Positions 1-8,931 of a stretch of 64,000 nucleotides of DNA are shown here, piece after piece (within the stretch, counting starts at the first letter, position 1; each line of letters starts with the position of its first letter). A program made the position numbers and the translations under genes. Origin of the DNA: Candidatus Bathyarchaeota archaeon (lineage in GTDB: Archaea > Thermoproteota > Bathyarchaeia > Bathyarchaeales > Bathycorpusculaceae). The notes under the pieces are model-generated. The model did no database searches and was not told where the DNA came from. It saw only the letters and a program-made list of their open reading frames with translations. The stretch covers positions 32,001-96,000 of the forward strand of contig CAWEPZ010000003.1 of assembly GCA_963811105.1 (NCBI GenBank), given 5' to 3'.

Positions 1-199
1 GTTTCTCAGCGACTTCCTCAACCGTAAAGCCCTTGCTAAACATATCATAGGGAACGTCAAAAACTAGTCGCTTTGAAACAGGTTCACGTTTAACACTGAA
101 AAGCAAATCTTGCTCATTTAGCGGCTGCCCAAAACGAGCCTGCCAGGTAGCGCCAGAACCACGTACACCGTATGTATCCGTTGAATTAGCCCTCGCCAT
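1..199 (-). CDS. Putative phage portal protein (DUF1073-like), N-terminus only; runs off the window
   Basis: Manual translation from ATG 199: MARANSTDTYGVRGSGATWQARFGQPLNEQDLLFSVKREPVSKRLVFDVPYDMFSKGFTVEEVAEK. The REPV.KR.V...P.DMF..GF segment resembles DUF1073 portal N-termini; GGTTGA RBS-like site upstream. Confidence 0.55.
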   Translation of the reverse strand, partial: MARANSTDTYGVRGSGATWQARFGQPLNEQDLLFSVKREPVSKRLVFDVPYDMFSKGFTVEEVAEK

Positions 200-233
200 A
201 ATCAACCGTGAAATTAAGATCAATTAGCTGAGC

Positions 234-280
234 ATTAATAGCTTGAGAGCGCATTAACGATACTAGCATTAATGCAACAA
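234..280 (-). promoter_or_regulatory. Conserved 30-bp upstream element (251-280) plus TATA-like TATTAAT (240-234) in front of the portal-like gene
   Basis: gcattaacgatactagcattaatgcaacaa is 27/30 identical to 60052-60081, with a similar offset to the TATA-like box and start codon. Confidence 0.6.
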
Positions 281-400
281 CATAATTTGAAAAACATCCA
301 CCCACAAACTGAAGCCATCCAGACAGCCCTGAAGCCCGAAGAAACCCTTTCAGGAGGCCACGCCTAACTCTTGACGGTTGCCCTGTTAAATGGAGGCAAC

Positions 401-1054
401 ACAGTTGTCACACGCGAAGTTGCGAAAGTCTGTTCATATGCTGTTAGCAAAGCTCTTCGGCGCCAGAGAGGCAAGCAATTCATAGCTGTAACCTGCCACT
501 TCGACTTAATCGACTGACTATAGCCCGATTGGGTCTTCAGCTGCGACACCATGGAGTTCGTTAAAAAAAAAGAACTCACCAATCAATTAAGCTCCAGGTT
601 CAGCGGTGCAACAACGCTATGTGGAAGAGTTTTCGGCAATATCATTATCTGAATGGAAAGCTCGGTGCCGGACTGCGATGCTATGCAGCCTTCTACAACC
701 AGAAACCCGTTGCCTTCATTGCGGTAGTTCACACAAGAATGAAGTCGAATTACTTTAGGGTTAGTCGTCTTGTTGCTTTGCCAGATTACCAAGGGCATAG
801 GCTTAGCCAAACGTCTGCTCAACTTCATCGCTGAGCTCTACTCTTCCCAAATCAACCTACCGTTCTATCTGGTTACTTCGAATCCTCAGCTTGTCCGAGG
901 CAACTTGGGTAACTGGCGTGTGAAGCGTGTCGGACATGGCACAGCTGGAAGCGAAGACACAAGAATCAACTCAGAACTAACCAAAAGCAACAGCAAACGA
1001 CGCCTAAGCGTAACCCTACAGTACAAACCTAAGCTGAAATCTGGAGGTTTGTAG
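401..1054 (+). pseudogene. Phage-type ABC-ATPase (C-terminal fragment) followed by GNAT acetyltransferase, disrupted
   Basis: Frame from 401 reads TVVTREVAKVCSYAVSKALRRQRGKQFIAVTCHFDLID*L*PDWVF (stops at 515 and 521). GNAT part reads WKSFRQYHYL...RVSRLVALPDYQG/IGLAKRLL...TSNP, with an extra G near 791-795. Confidence 0.7.
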
Positions 1055-1196
1055 TGCCAAAAACCTGCAAGGGCAATGCGGTCGCAAACTTTCGCACCAA
1101 AACAAAACCGGCTATTGCAAAGAATGCTTTGGCCGCTTCATTCTTAGCCCTAAGGGTGCTAATGCAAGTCGGCGAGATGCTTCAAAACAAAATTAA
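1054..1196 (+). pseudogene. Small Zn-ribbon protein, frameshifted
   Basis: MPKTCK, then a shifted frame from 1074 reads QCGRKLSHQNKTGYCKECFGR, giving a Cx2-3C...CxxC pattern; GGAGG RBS upstream. Confidence 0.4.
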
Positions 1197-1344
1197 TTTA
1201 GCGTGTTTACTCATATTGGCGAATTGTGGTTATATTAATCCTCAAAACAAAATGCGCTATCCCTATAGGATACAGTTACGGCAGAAATTCCAATATAATT
1301 CTTAAATACAAAAAAAGAGAGGTTGTATGCTTGTTGTCTAAACG

Positions 1345-4164
1345 TTAGTGTCTTCTTCTAAATATCAGTATCATTATGACGCCGACTATCGCTACTACTA
1401 TTATTACTGCTAAAGCTGATCCTACAATAGTAATTGTATAGTCTGGAGTCGCTTGTGCTTGTGCTGGGGTTGTGTTTGCTTGGGCTGCTGTGTTGACTGA
1501 CATTGTGGTTGCCGCTGAAGAGCTGCCGTATGAGTCGTCGCCTGCAAAGGATGCGATGATCTTATAATCTCCTTCGATTGGTGGCGTCCATGTCTTTGTG
1601 AATATGCCGTAATATCCGTCGGTTGTTACTGTTCCTAGATCTTCGTAGTTTCCGTTAGAATCTACCGCTGTTAGTTGCACTGGAACGCCTGTTATGGTTG
1701 CATTGTGCCATATTCCGTCGATTGGGAGTTGTCGATGTAGATATTCCATTTCTGTTTTCATTGAATCTTTTGAGACACATGGGGTGTTTGGTTGTGCAGG
1801 CGATTGGTCCATTACTGTGCCTTTGATTACTATTGGGGTGCCTTTTCCTGCTGCAATATCTGGAGCAGAGATCGTTGTCTGGCTTAGTCCTTTTCCGAAG
1901 ACATATTGATAGCCATCAGTAGCAGAAACTGAGAGATAACCGTCTGCTACTGCACTTGGACTACCTGATGTAGTTACGTTCCATATTGGCTGACCAGTTG
2001 TAGCGTTTAAGCACCATAATTCCCATCCTCGAGTGATGGGTTCCGTAGGTGTGTGCTCAGTATTGTACGTGTAAATCTTTCCGTCAGCGATGAGGGTACT
2101 TCCGTACCAAGGGTTCACTCCGGTTCCATTGTCAGTGTAAGGGGTTTCATATGGGCTTCCTGCTGGGGCCGAGAATTTCCAGACAATATTGCCGTTGGTC
2201 CAATTGAAGGCGTAATATCCAGCGTAACCCATCTTGTAGACCATACCATATGCACTTGCAATAGCATAAGCTCCGAAGCCAGTACTATCCCACGGGGCAT
2301 CCATCTTTTCAGATTTAAATGACAACGCTCCTGTGAACTGGTCGTAGAAGTCGACAGTCCCATCTCTCATGACTATAGCGATTTTTCCATGGTCTGCTAC
2401 CTCCTCGGCTGTACTATATGGTGTAATAGAGGAAGGGTCACTGTAATCGTTGATTGTTTTTTGCCATACAATAGCTCCCGTTTGCAAGCTTATACCTTGG
2501 ATTGTTAGCCCTAACCTAATCCCTGATGCGTTGTCGGCTGTCGAGGGTAGGTATGCTTGCGGGTTTTGGTTGTTTTGTAAAGAAACATATGGTGAGCCCA
2601 TGTTAACACTATCAAAAGCGTTTGCTTCCCTAGCATTGAAAACCATGCCAGTTGTAAAGTCTGCAACGTTTGCGTTATTCCTCATACCGCTGTATAAATC
2701 GGCTCTTGGCCATGTAATGTTGCTTACTACTCTTGATGCGAAATTGCCTGTTCCGAATGTAGTCCAGTTAATTAAGCGGTAAATTTGTGACGTTGGTGTT
2801 CCAGGTACGCCAGGTCCACCGGTAGTGTTTATTACTTGTACGCTTAAGCAATAGCCGTTTTGATAGTAGGCGCCTAGGTCACATAGTGGTGGCAATGGTA
2901 ACGATATGTTTGAAGTTACAGCTCCTGTCAGCGCGTTATATTTGAGCATGTACCCTGGAGTTGTCGTCGTTAGACTGGTGTATATCGAGGCAGTTCCTCC
3001 TGTTGCCGATCCCGGATATGTCGAAATACCTGAAGGCCCCCGGATGGAAATTAAGCTGGTGCTTACACTTACGGACGCTTCTGCGCCTGGTGTCGATTCT
3101 TGCCCTTTGCTGTATTCAATGTATGTAGGTGCCGTTTCGCCGCTGAGTAATGGTCTATTCCAATAGATTTTTCCTGTGCGTAGGTCATAGCATTCCCAAT
3201 ATGTGCTTGAAGTAGAAGTTCCTGGAGTTACTGCTGAATAAGTCTGATATGCTCTTCCTTCCACGATTAGACTTGGACCTCCGCCGCCGGTCGTGATGCC
3301 TTGGATTCCATTTGCGCCTCCCATGATACCTGACATGTCTCCATTGGGGCTTTGTTGTTTCCATACTATGTGGCAGCTGGTTGGTCCTGTCACGTACGGG
3401 ACAAAATTGTAGCCGTACCCCCAAGTGTAACTTGAGCCAGATGGCCAATTATAGCCGTTAATACTTGCCTGTCCAGGACCCCACCATGGGTAGTCTCCTA
3501 ATATAGTAGACCATTCTCTGTTTTCAAATTCCACTGGGCGAGTCCAATAGTCATTTGGAAGCGGTGATGGAGGCCAAGAAGCAACTTGTTCATTTTGAAC
3601 GGTAAATGTCTGCTGTGGCGCAGTAGCGGGCATATAATAGCAAGATTTAGTGAATGTCTCGGTGTAAGCAGCACCATTAGCTCCAGCGATAGCGCTGATG
3701 CCAAGTGGTACCGTATAATTTCCTGCTGGGAAGTAGGCTCCTGGCATGCTAAAGTCAACTTTCCAGGTACCCATCTGGTCGGGGATATATTCGAACCATG
3801 CTGTGCTGTCGCCTTGGTAGGAATCCATCGTTGTGACTGCAGTGGTTCCGTCGGGCTTTGTGAGGGTCACTTTGAATCCTGTTATATATCGGCTGTATGC
3901 GACTGGTGGTTCCATCCACATGTTAACCATAATGGGTTGTCCTAAGCCAACGGTGGTTGGTCTGAGGGAGACGACGAGCCTATCACCGATTGTTAGGTCA
4001 GGAGTAACACCGCTAGGTAATGCTGTTGATCCATTTGGTACTCCAGTAGGTGATCCACCATGAGTAATCTCAACTTGCGCTTTAACCTGAATAGGAATGA
4101 TTGCGAAACACGAAATCAGAAGAATTGCAGTAATTAGCAATGACATAATTATTGATTTTTTCAT
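1345..4164 (-). CDS. Large secreted, membrane-anchored PQQ-like beta-propeller surface protein
   Basis: Signal peptide, Ig-like N-terminal domain, repeated C(Y/L)(D/N)..TG...W blade motifs, ADGKIY...EH..T.P..RG motif, C-terminal TM helix plus RRRH. Confidence 0.85.
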   Translation of the reverse strand: MKKSIIMSLLITAILLISCFAIIPIQVKAQVEITHGGSPTGVPNGSTALPSGVTPDLTIGDRLVVSLRPTTVGLGQPIMVNMWMEPPVAYSRYITGFKVTLTKPDGTTAVTTMDSYQGDSTAWFEYIPDQMGTWKVDFSMPGAYFPAGNYTVPLGISAIAGANGAAYTETFTKSCYYMPATAPQQTFTVQNEQVASWPPSPLPNDYWTRPVEFENREWSTILGDYPWWGPGQASINGYNWPSGSSYTWGYGYNFVPYVTGPTSCHIVWKQQSPNGDMSGIMGGANGIQGITTGGGGPSLIVEGRAYQTYSAVTPGTSTSSTYWECYDLRTGKIYWNRPLLSGETAPTYIEYSKGQESTPGAEASVSVSTSLISIRGPSGISTYPGSATGGTASIYTSLTTTTPGYMLKYNALTGAVTSNISLPLPPLCDLGAYYQNGYCLSVQVINTTGGPGVPGTPTSQIYRLINWTTFGTGNFASRVVSNITWPRADLYSGMRNNANVADFTTGMVFNAREANAFDSVNMGSPYVSLQNNQNPQAYLPSTADNASGIRLGLTIQGISLQTGAIVWQKTINDYSDPSSITPYSTAEEVADHGKIAIVMRDGTVDFYDQFTGALSFKSEKMDAPWDSTGFGAYAIASAYGMVYKMGYAGYYAFNWTNGNIVWKFSAPAGSPYETPYTDNGTGVNPWYGSTLIADGKIYTYNTEHTPTEPITRGWELWCLNATTGQPIWNVTTSGSPSAVADGYLSVSATDGYQYVFGKGLSQTTISAPDIAAGKGTPIVIKGTVMDQSPAQPNTPCVSKDSMKTEMEYLHRQLPIDGIWHNATITGVPVQLTAVDSNGNYEDLGTVTTDGYYGIFTKTWTPPIEGDYKIIASFAGDDSYGSSSAATTMSVNTAAQANTTPAQAQATPDYTITIVGSALAVIIVVAIVGVIMILIFRRRH

Positions 4165-4929
4165 TTTTTTTCTTACTCCTATAGAAAAAACGCTTATTGG
4201 AAAGCCAATTAACTTTCTAAAATGAGCGCTTTCCTGATAACTTAGTGATAACTAATCACTTATAAACATCTAGTGAAAAATGGCTTCCAACAAACTATTC
4301 TCAAGAGTAGAGCAATATGAATTCTTCTTTTCCTTTCTTTAGACAAATCCCTTTGCTTGCTCCAAAATGTGAGCTACAATTTCGAAATTAGCTCATTACC
4401 TTTATCAGCTTTGCCTTTCAGCTAAGAACGTGAATTAATAATGGAAAAGAATAGGCACTTTTCCATATGTCTTAACAAAAAAAGACGTCAAAACGACACA
4501 GTTAAGTGCTAATGGTCCGCCACCTAACTCTAAACCGGCAAGATAAAAGTGCACATTAACTCTTAATTAGAGGCGAAAATCGCCTGACAATTATTCCAAT
4601 GTGTTTTTATAAAAACCCATAATTATCCCCTATTTTGTCGCTATTATTTTAAATAATCACTTGAGATAGCCACTTTTGAGACGACATATTAACCTAGCAC
4701 TAATGGCATAATTATCATGGGAATTGCCAACATAATTCTTAATGACCTTGCAAATTTCTTTGAAATTATTTGCTCAACATTCTTCCGTGCAATTGCTTAA
4801 AAGCAAGCGCTTATTAGAGTAATTTATTGGGGTTAACCTCTTGCAAGCAAGCCTTTAGTTTTCCTCGCCTCCTTAACTGGAGCGTGAACGATTTGCAGAG
4901 GCTTCTGTCATTTTTTATAATTTCGTTAG

Positions 4930-5217
4930 GTGTTGTTTATGCCTCATAAAAGAAGTTTGCAGGGAAAATTCATTCAGCGGCAGCGAGAGCAAGACTACGC
5001 TGCTATTAAGGTTCAGCGTAAGGCGGCTTGGCAATACATTAGGGAGACTGAGTTTCGTGATCGCTTGATCGGCGAGACCGTTTGTCGAACTGATATTAAT
5101 TCGATTACCGATGAGTTGGCAAAGCTTTTTGATCAGCCTGAATTTGAAGCTGTTTCTAACTTTGAGCATGGCTTTGTTCTTATTGGACCATTAAGGAGTT
5201 TTGATTCTGATGCCTGA
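4930..5217 (+). CDS. Hypothetical (proviral) protein
   Basis: 95-aa ORF with AGGTG RBS-like site; overlaps the next ORF. Confidence 0.45.
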   Translation: MLFMPHKRSLQGKFIQRQREQDYAAIKVQRKAAWQYIRETEFRDRLIGETVCRTDINSITDELAKLFDQPEFEAVSNFEHGFVLIGPLRSFDSDA

Positions 5218-5410
5218 AGAGTTGCGGCCTGATTATAGTCTACGGCCCAGTTGCCCCGAGATCAAGCGCAAGATTGACCGTATAGATCTGGCTCTTTTGG
5301 GAGAGGACGGCACTGGCCTAATTAGTGAGCTACCTGCAAGAAGAAATACTGATAAGACAGTTGCCACCACCTTAATTCTTTTAATAATAGTCAAACAACT
5401 GTTAGTTTGA
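5201..5410 (+). CDS. Small coiled-coil plus C-terminal hydrophobic protein (viral membrane protein-like, possibly degraded)
   Basis: IKRKIDRIDLALLGEDGTG followed by a hydrophobic tail; probable ATG at 5210 after AAGGAG. Confidence 0.4.
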   Translation: MILMPEELRPDYSLRPSCPEIKRKIDRIDLALLGEDGTGLISELPARRNTDKTVATTLILLIIVKQLLV

Positions 5411-5510
5411 TTTTAGTCTAAAAGTTTCTTTGTCGAACATTTTCAACTAAGCTCGAAGTGATTAATCAAAGTTTCTTTGCTTTACTAACCAGATTAACCG
5501 TCGATACCTC

Positions 5511-5705
5511 CTAGCCCAAACCGTCGAAAAACACCAAGTCTGCCTTGGCCTTCTCAATCTTCTTAATTGCATTCAACCGGGAACGAGTAACGTTGGGCGC
5601 CTCAACTCTTAGTTTACGAGCAATCTTATAATCAGTCAAACCCAAAGCCGCTAGCCGCAAAATCTCCCGTTCACGAGCAGTCAAACCGCAAGCACAATTC
5701 ACCAA
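5511..5705 (-). CDS. LuxR/GerE-like HTH DNA-binding protein
   Basis: LTAREREILRLAALGLTDYKIARKL motif. Confidence 0.75.
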   Translation of the reverse strand: MVNCACGLTAREREILRLAALGLTDYKIARKLRVEAPNVTRSRLNAIKKIEKAKADLVFFDGLG

Positions 5706-5707
5706 AA

Positions 5708-5998
5708 CTAAGAGTCCTCCTCTGCCTGAATCAAAGCTTCCGATGGAAAAAGCCTAAGTAACGAACGACCCTTCTTAGTTAAAACAAAAAGCTTCTTAAC
5801 AGAACCCTTGCAGTTGAGCCCAGAATACGCCAAAACTATAAGCCCCAAACCCTCAAGGCTGCGAATTTGTTTATGAGCCCCTGCGTAGGAACTGTAAGAA
5901 CTATGTTTCAACAATTCATAAGCTGAAGTTGGCTTCTTAAATAACTCTAGCCAATCAAGATTAACCGTCAGAATCCTCGTTTTTTTCATTTTCTTCAC
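5708..5998 (-). CDS. Winged-HTH protein (paralog of 8668-8931)
   Basis: Y.GAHK....L...LI...KK.F.LT.KGR.LL.LFP shared with 8668-8931. Confidence 0.7.
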   Translation of the reverse strand: MKKMKKTRILTVNLDWLELFKKPTSAYELLKHSSYSSYAGAHKQIRSLEGLGLIVLAYSGLNCKGSVKKLFVLTKKGRSLLRLFPSEALIQAEEDS

Positions 5999-6544
5999 CC
6001 TTCCTCCTCGGCGAATTTTTCAAAATTCTGCTCTTCAACTACGTCGCTGCCATCCACGTAGCTCTCCAAACCAAGCTTATTGAGTGCCCACCGGTGGCCG
6101 CGTTTCTCAAAGATTATTTTTCCAGTCTCAACATACATTCTCTTATTGAGCCGAACTAGTCTGCGGCTGACTTCGTAATATTGCAGGTCGTAGCCGCTGC
6201 GCTTGTTGACTTCGGCTGCCACATCCTTGGGCAACGCTCCGTTCACGCCAACCTCCAGAAGCCTCTGAATAATTTCTTTGTCCACATCATCCTGGTCCGT
6301 AAATTGTTCAACTTCTGTCTGGGTATACTTTGACTCATAGGACCTACTCCATGCATTGAGGATCCAAGTCAACTTAGTGTCAAGTTTATCCAGCTTCGAC
6401 TAGGGCACGTTTCGTAAGTACCTGAGTGTACTTGTTTGTGCCAAACTTGTCCGATTGGCTACGCTTCTTTTTGGGGTTTTTAGCCTCTTTTTTTGCATTT
6501 TGAACATCATTTTCCCTCAGATCCTGCGTATTTTCTTCAATCAA
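5995..6544 (-). CDS. Coiled-coil plus winged-HTH protein, apparent frameshift near 6400
   Basis: TTG 6544 after GGAGTG reads IEENTQDLREND...KKKRSQSDKFGTNKY and joins, by a 1-nt shift, ORF 5995-6372 (DKEIIQRL..G..G.LP.DVA...V.RRL.R.N...FEKRG.RW). Confidence 0.55.
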
Positions 6545-6706
6545 GGAATTCCACTCCATTAATGTCCATGAAAATTGGGGTCTGCCAATCTAGCCTAGGC
6601 ACCATAAGAAAACTTGATGCCGAAAAGCATGGACTTTTCCCATAGGTACGTACTACCCCCAAAAAGCCCTTTAAACAACCTTTTTTATCCAAAAACGCAA
6701 AATTGC

Positions 6707-7042
6707 TCACTCGGAAGCCTCCCGTTGTCTGCGTCTTATCTCACGCCTTATGTCACGGATGCGAGTGATGACCAGAAAGAAGGGAGTGACAACTCTGAGG
6801 GTTTTGTAGCCCTTCGCCGTTAAGCGAATCCGGTAGTCCGTTAAGTACTCAACGTAGCCCTCATTTTTCATGTAGACCAAAAGATCTTTCATGAGAGTGC
6901 TGTTCAGGTTTGCGTGGTACATGATGTGAGTGGAGAGCAAAGGACCCTTGCGCAGCGCACTTAAAATATCGAAGACTTGCTCTCCGGTGCCGCGTTCATG
7001 AAAATTTATGCGGCCTCGAAGCAGGTGCCGTTTATGTGACAT
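6707..7042 (-). CDS. Archaeal winged-HTH regulator (HTH_45-like)
   Basis: DIL.AL..G....THIMYHANLN......L..M...G.V.....LT.KG pattern. Confidence 0.75.
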   Translation of the reverse strand: MSHKRHLLRGRINFHERGTGEQVFDILSALRKGPLLSTHIMYHANLNSTLMKDLLVYMKNEGYVEYLTDYRIRLTAKGYKTLRVVTPFFLVITRIRDIRREIRRRQREASE

Positions 7043-8054
7043 ATTCGTTGCCTCCGATCTTAGGCGCCTTTTGGCCGTTACTGTCTAGACCGAAGATTTC
7101 CTTCAAAGTCGAGGTCATGAGGTTAAGGTCTGATCTCAGCAATGCAACCTCACTCTCCAAACCCTTCACCTTATCACCATCAGCAACCTTATGCTTGTAA
7201 AGAGCCTCGAGTAAACGCTCCATTCCCAGCAGCCGAGAATTGGTAAACTTTAAAACATCAGAGTTTCCCTTGACTTCACGTCTTATCTCAAAATTTGCCT
7301 GAGAATTCGCTGAATCATTAAAGCCCTTGGAGATGGCTTCCTCAAACTTGTTAATACTCATCGGGACTACAGTTTTCTGTTCTTTGCGGACCAGGTTCTC
7401 CTCTTTCTGATAGACCCGCTCAATCATCCCAAAAAGATCTGTCCGAGTGACACATTGCAATCCATCTACGCGTACTCCATGGTAATCTTTGTTACACTCA
7501 AAAGTTAGGATCTGCAGGTCATTGAGCTGCCAACCCAAGTGATCCTGGGTAATATCAAACCAACGATTCAACGCCAACAGACAAGCATCATGACTCATCC
7601 CGCCGACATCACAAGCAATATACCCAGAAATCTTTCTCCGCTCAGCACCAAAACAAACATGAATCTTCACTCCACCGATAAATTCGTCTTTCTCCCAAGA
7701 CGCCACATCCTGACAAACAAACGATCTCAGCGAAATGTTGTGCACGCAAAGCGGAATAAACCGCACCCCGTATGTGATTTTGTTACAGTATGCTCCGAGG
7801 TAAGGCTGCAGGATCATTCCTTTTTCGAGGAGTTTTCTGCAAAATATGCGCACAGACGTGTATTGGCCGCGTGTTGGCTTCTTGGGAACATGGAGTTTAC
7901 GGGCAATTTCCGCTGGCCGCAACTCAATTTCTGAATCATCGATAATGTGGAAGACTCTTGCTTCTACGCTCCAACTCTTCCTCGACAAGTAACTGTTATA
8001 ACTGGTGTTACTACCCTTGCTTGTGCAGTTATCAGATTCAGATGAGGCAGCCAA
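7032..8054 (-). CDS. wHTH plus putative Rep_trans-like replication initiator domain plus coiled coil
   Basis: N-terminal LRPAEIARKL HTH; motifs TFECNKD, RVYQK and LVRKE in Rep_trans order; C-terminal heptads. Function is inferred. Confidence 0.45.
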   Translation of the reverse strand: MAASSESDNCTSKGSNTSYNSYLSRKSWSVEARVFHIIDDSEIELRPAEIARKLHVPKKPTRGQYTSVRIFCRKLLEKGMILQPYLGAYCNKITYGVRFIPLCVHNISLRSFVCQDVASWEKDEFIGGVKIHVCFGAERRKISGYIACDVGGMSHDACLLALNRWFDITQDHLGWQLNDLQILTFECNKDYHGVRVDGLQCVTRTDLFGMIERVYQKEENLVRKEQKTVVPMSINKFEEAISKGFNDSANSQANFEIRREVKGNSDVLKFTNSRLLGMERLLEALYKHKVADGDKVKGLESEVALLRSDLNLMTSTLKEIFGLDSNGQKAPKIGGNEYVT

Positions 8055-8069
8055 AAAATATAAACTCCG

Positions 8070-8348
8070 TTAGGGCGGGTCGTTTCTGTTTTTTAGTTTT
8101 TCAAGCCGGGTGGGGCATGAAGAGTAAAAGGAAGGGTCGCTGAAACTGGATTTGGGACAGAAGGTTCCATCGGCACCGGAACAGCTGCGAGCGCCCAGAG
8201 AATACTCGAGCAGTGCACCTGCAAACTCACAAGCGTTCAAAGGCAAAGAGTCCTCAGGGCAAATACTGCAGCTAGCAGACTTTCCAACGTAAAGCTCCTC
8301 GAGTTTCTCTTCGGGTTTAGTCAAAAAAGGAGGCGTCCACTTAGGCAC
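8070..8348 (-). CDS. Hypothetical Cys-rich (Zn-finger-like) protein
   Basis: CxxC plus four more Cys; translationally coupled in the operon. Confidence 0.5.
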   Translation of the reverse strand: MPKWTPPFLTKPEEKLEELYVGKSASCSICPEDSLPLNACEFAGALLEYSLGARSCSGADGTFCPKSSFSDPSFYSSCPTRLEKLKNRNDPP

Positions 8349-8671
8349 TATAGCAAGCCTCCCTCGATCGCGACGTCAGAAGTAAAATTAACGGGAAAAC
8401 TTTGCTTAATTTGCCTTAGGACCTCTATATCATCGCTTAGAAACTCCAGGTAGGGCATGAACTTGTTTCCATGGAACTTGAAGAATACTGCAGGTTTGGG
8501 GAGTCGGTTAATTGTGTTGAACCTGCTCTGATTGTTCCACGTAATTGATGAACCAAACTCGATTGAGATTGAATTTACTAGGTCGTAGGCCTTCTTGCTT
8601 CTCAATCTTGAGGATTCCAGGCTGCCGTATTTGGGAAGCGTAAATCCTCGATCCTGAAGTTCAGCGGTCAA
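8348..8671 (-). CDS. Hypothetical protein
   Basis: 107-aa ORF with overlapping start/stop junctions; GGAGG RBS. Confidence 0.55.
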   Translation of the reverse strand: MTAELQDRGFTLPKYGSLESSRLRSKKAYDLVNSISIEFGSSITWNNQSRFNTINRLPKPAVFFKFHGNKFMPYLEFLSDDIEVLRQIKQSFPVNFTSDVAIEGGLL

Positions 8672-8931
8672 ATAGAGGCCTCCTTAGCGTCAGGGAATAA
8701 CTTGAGCAATTGCCGCCCCTTCTCGGTTAATGTGTAGGGTTTCTTGTTTCCGTTTTTTTCAGAGATTTCAAGCGAGATTAAATAAATTAGTTCTTGGGCT
8801 AGAAGTTTTTTGACTGCTTTGTGTGCTCCAGAATAATAGCGCCACTTGCTACATTTTGTTATTTGGTAAACGGTTCTGGGAGTTTGGAAGACCCGCAGCA
8901 AGTCTAAATCAATATTCATTAGATGAACCAC
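8668..8931 (-). CDS. Winged-HTH protein (paralog of 5708-5998)
   Basis: YSGAHKAVKKL...KKPYTLTEKGRQLLKLFP. Confidence 0.7.
   Translation of the reverse strand: MVHLMNIDLDLLRVFQTPRTVYQITKCSKWRYYSGAHKAVKKLLAQELIYLISLEISEKNGNKKPYTLTEKGRQLLKLFPDAKEASI

Noticed and set aside
515-523. Alternative genetic code in the viral island (TGA and TAG inside the ABC fragment)
   Set aside because: Neighbouring viral ORFs end normally at TGA/TAG, and the gene is also truncated and frameshifted; simple nonsense decay fits better
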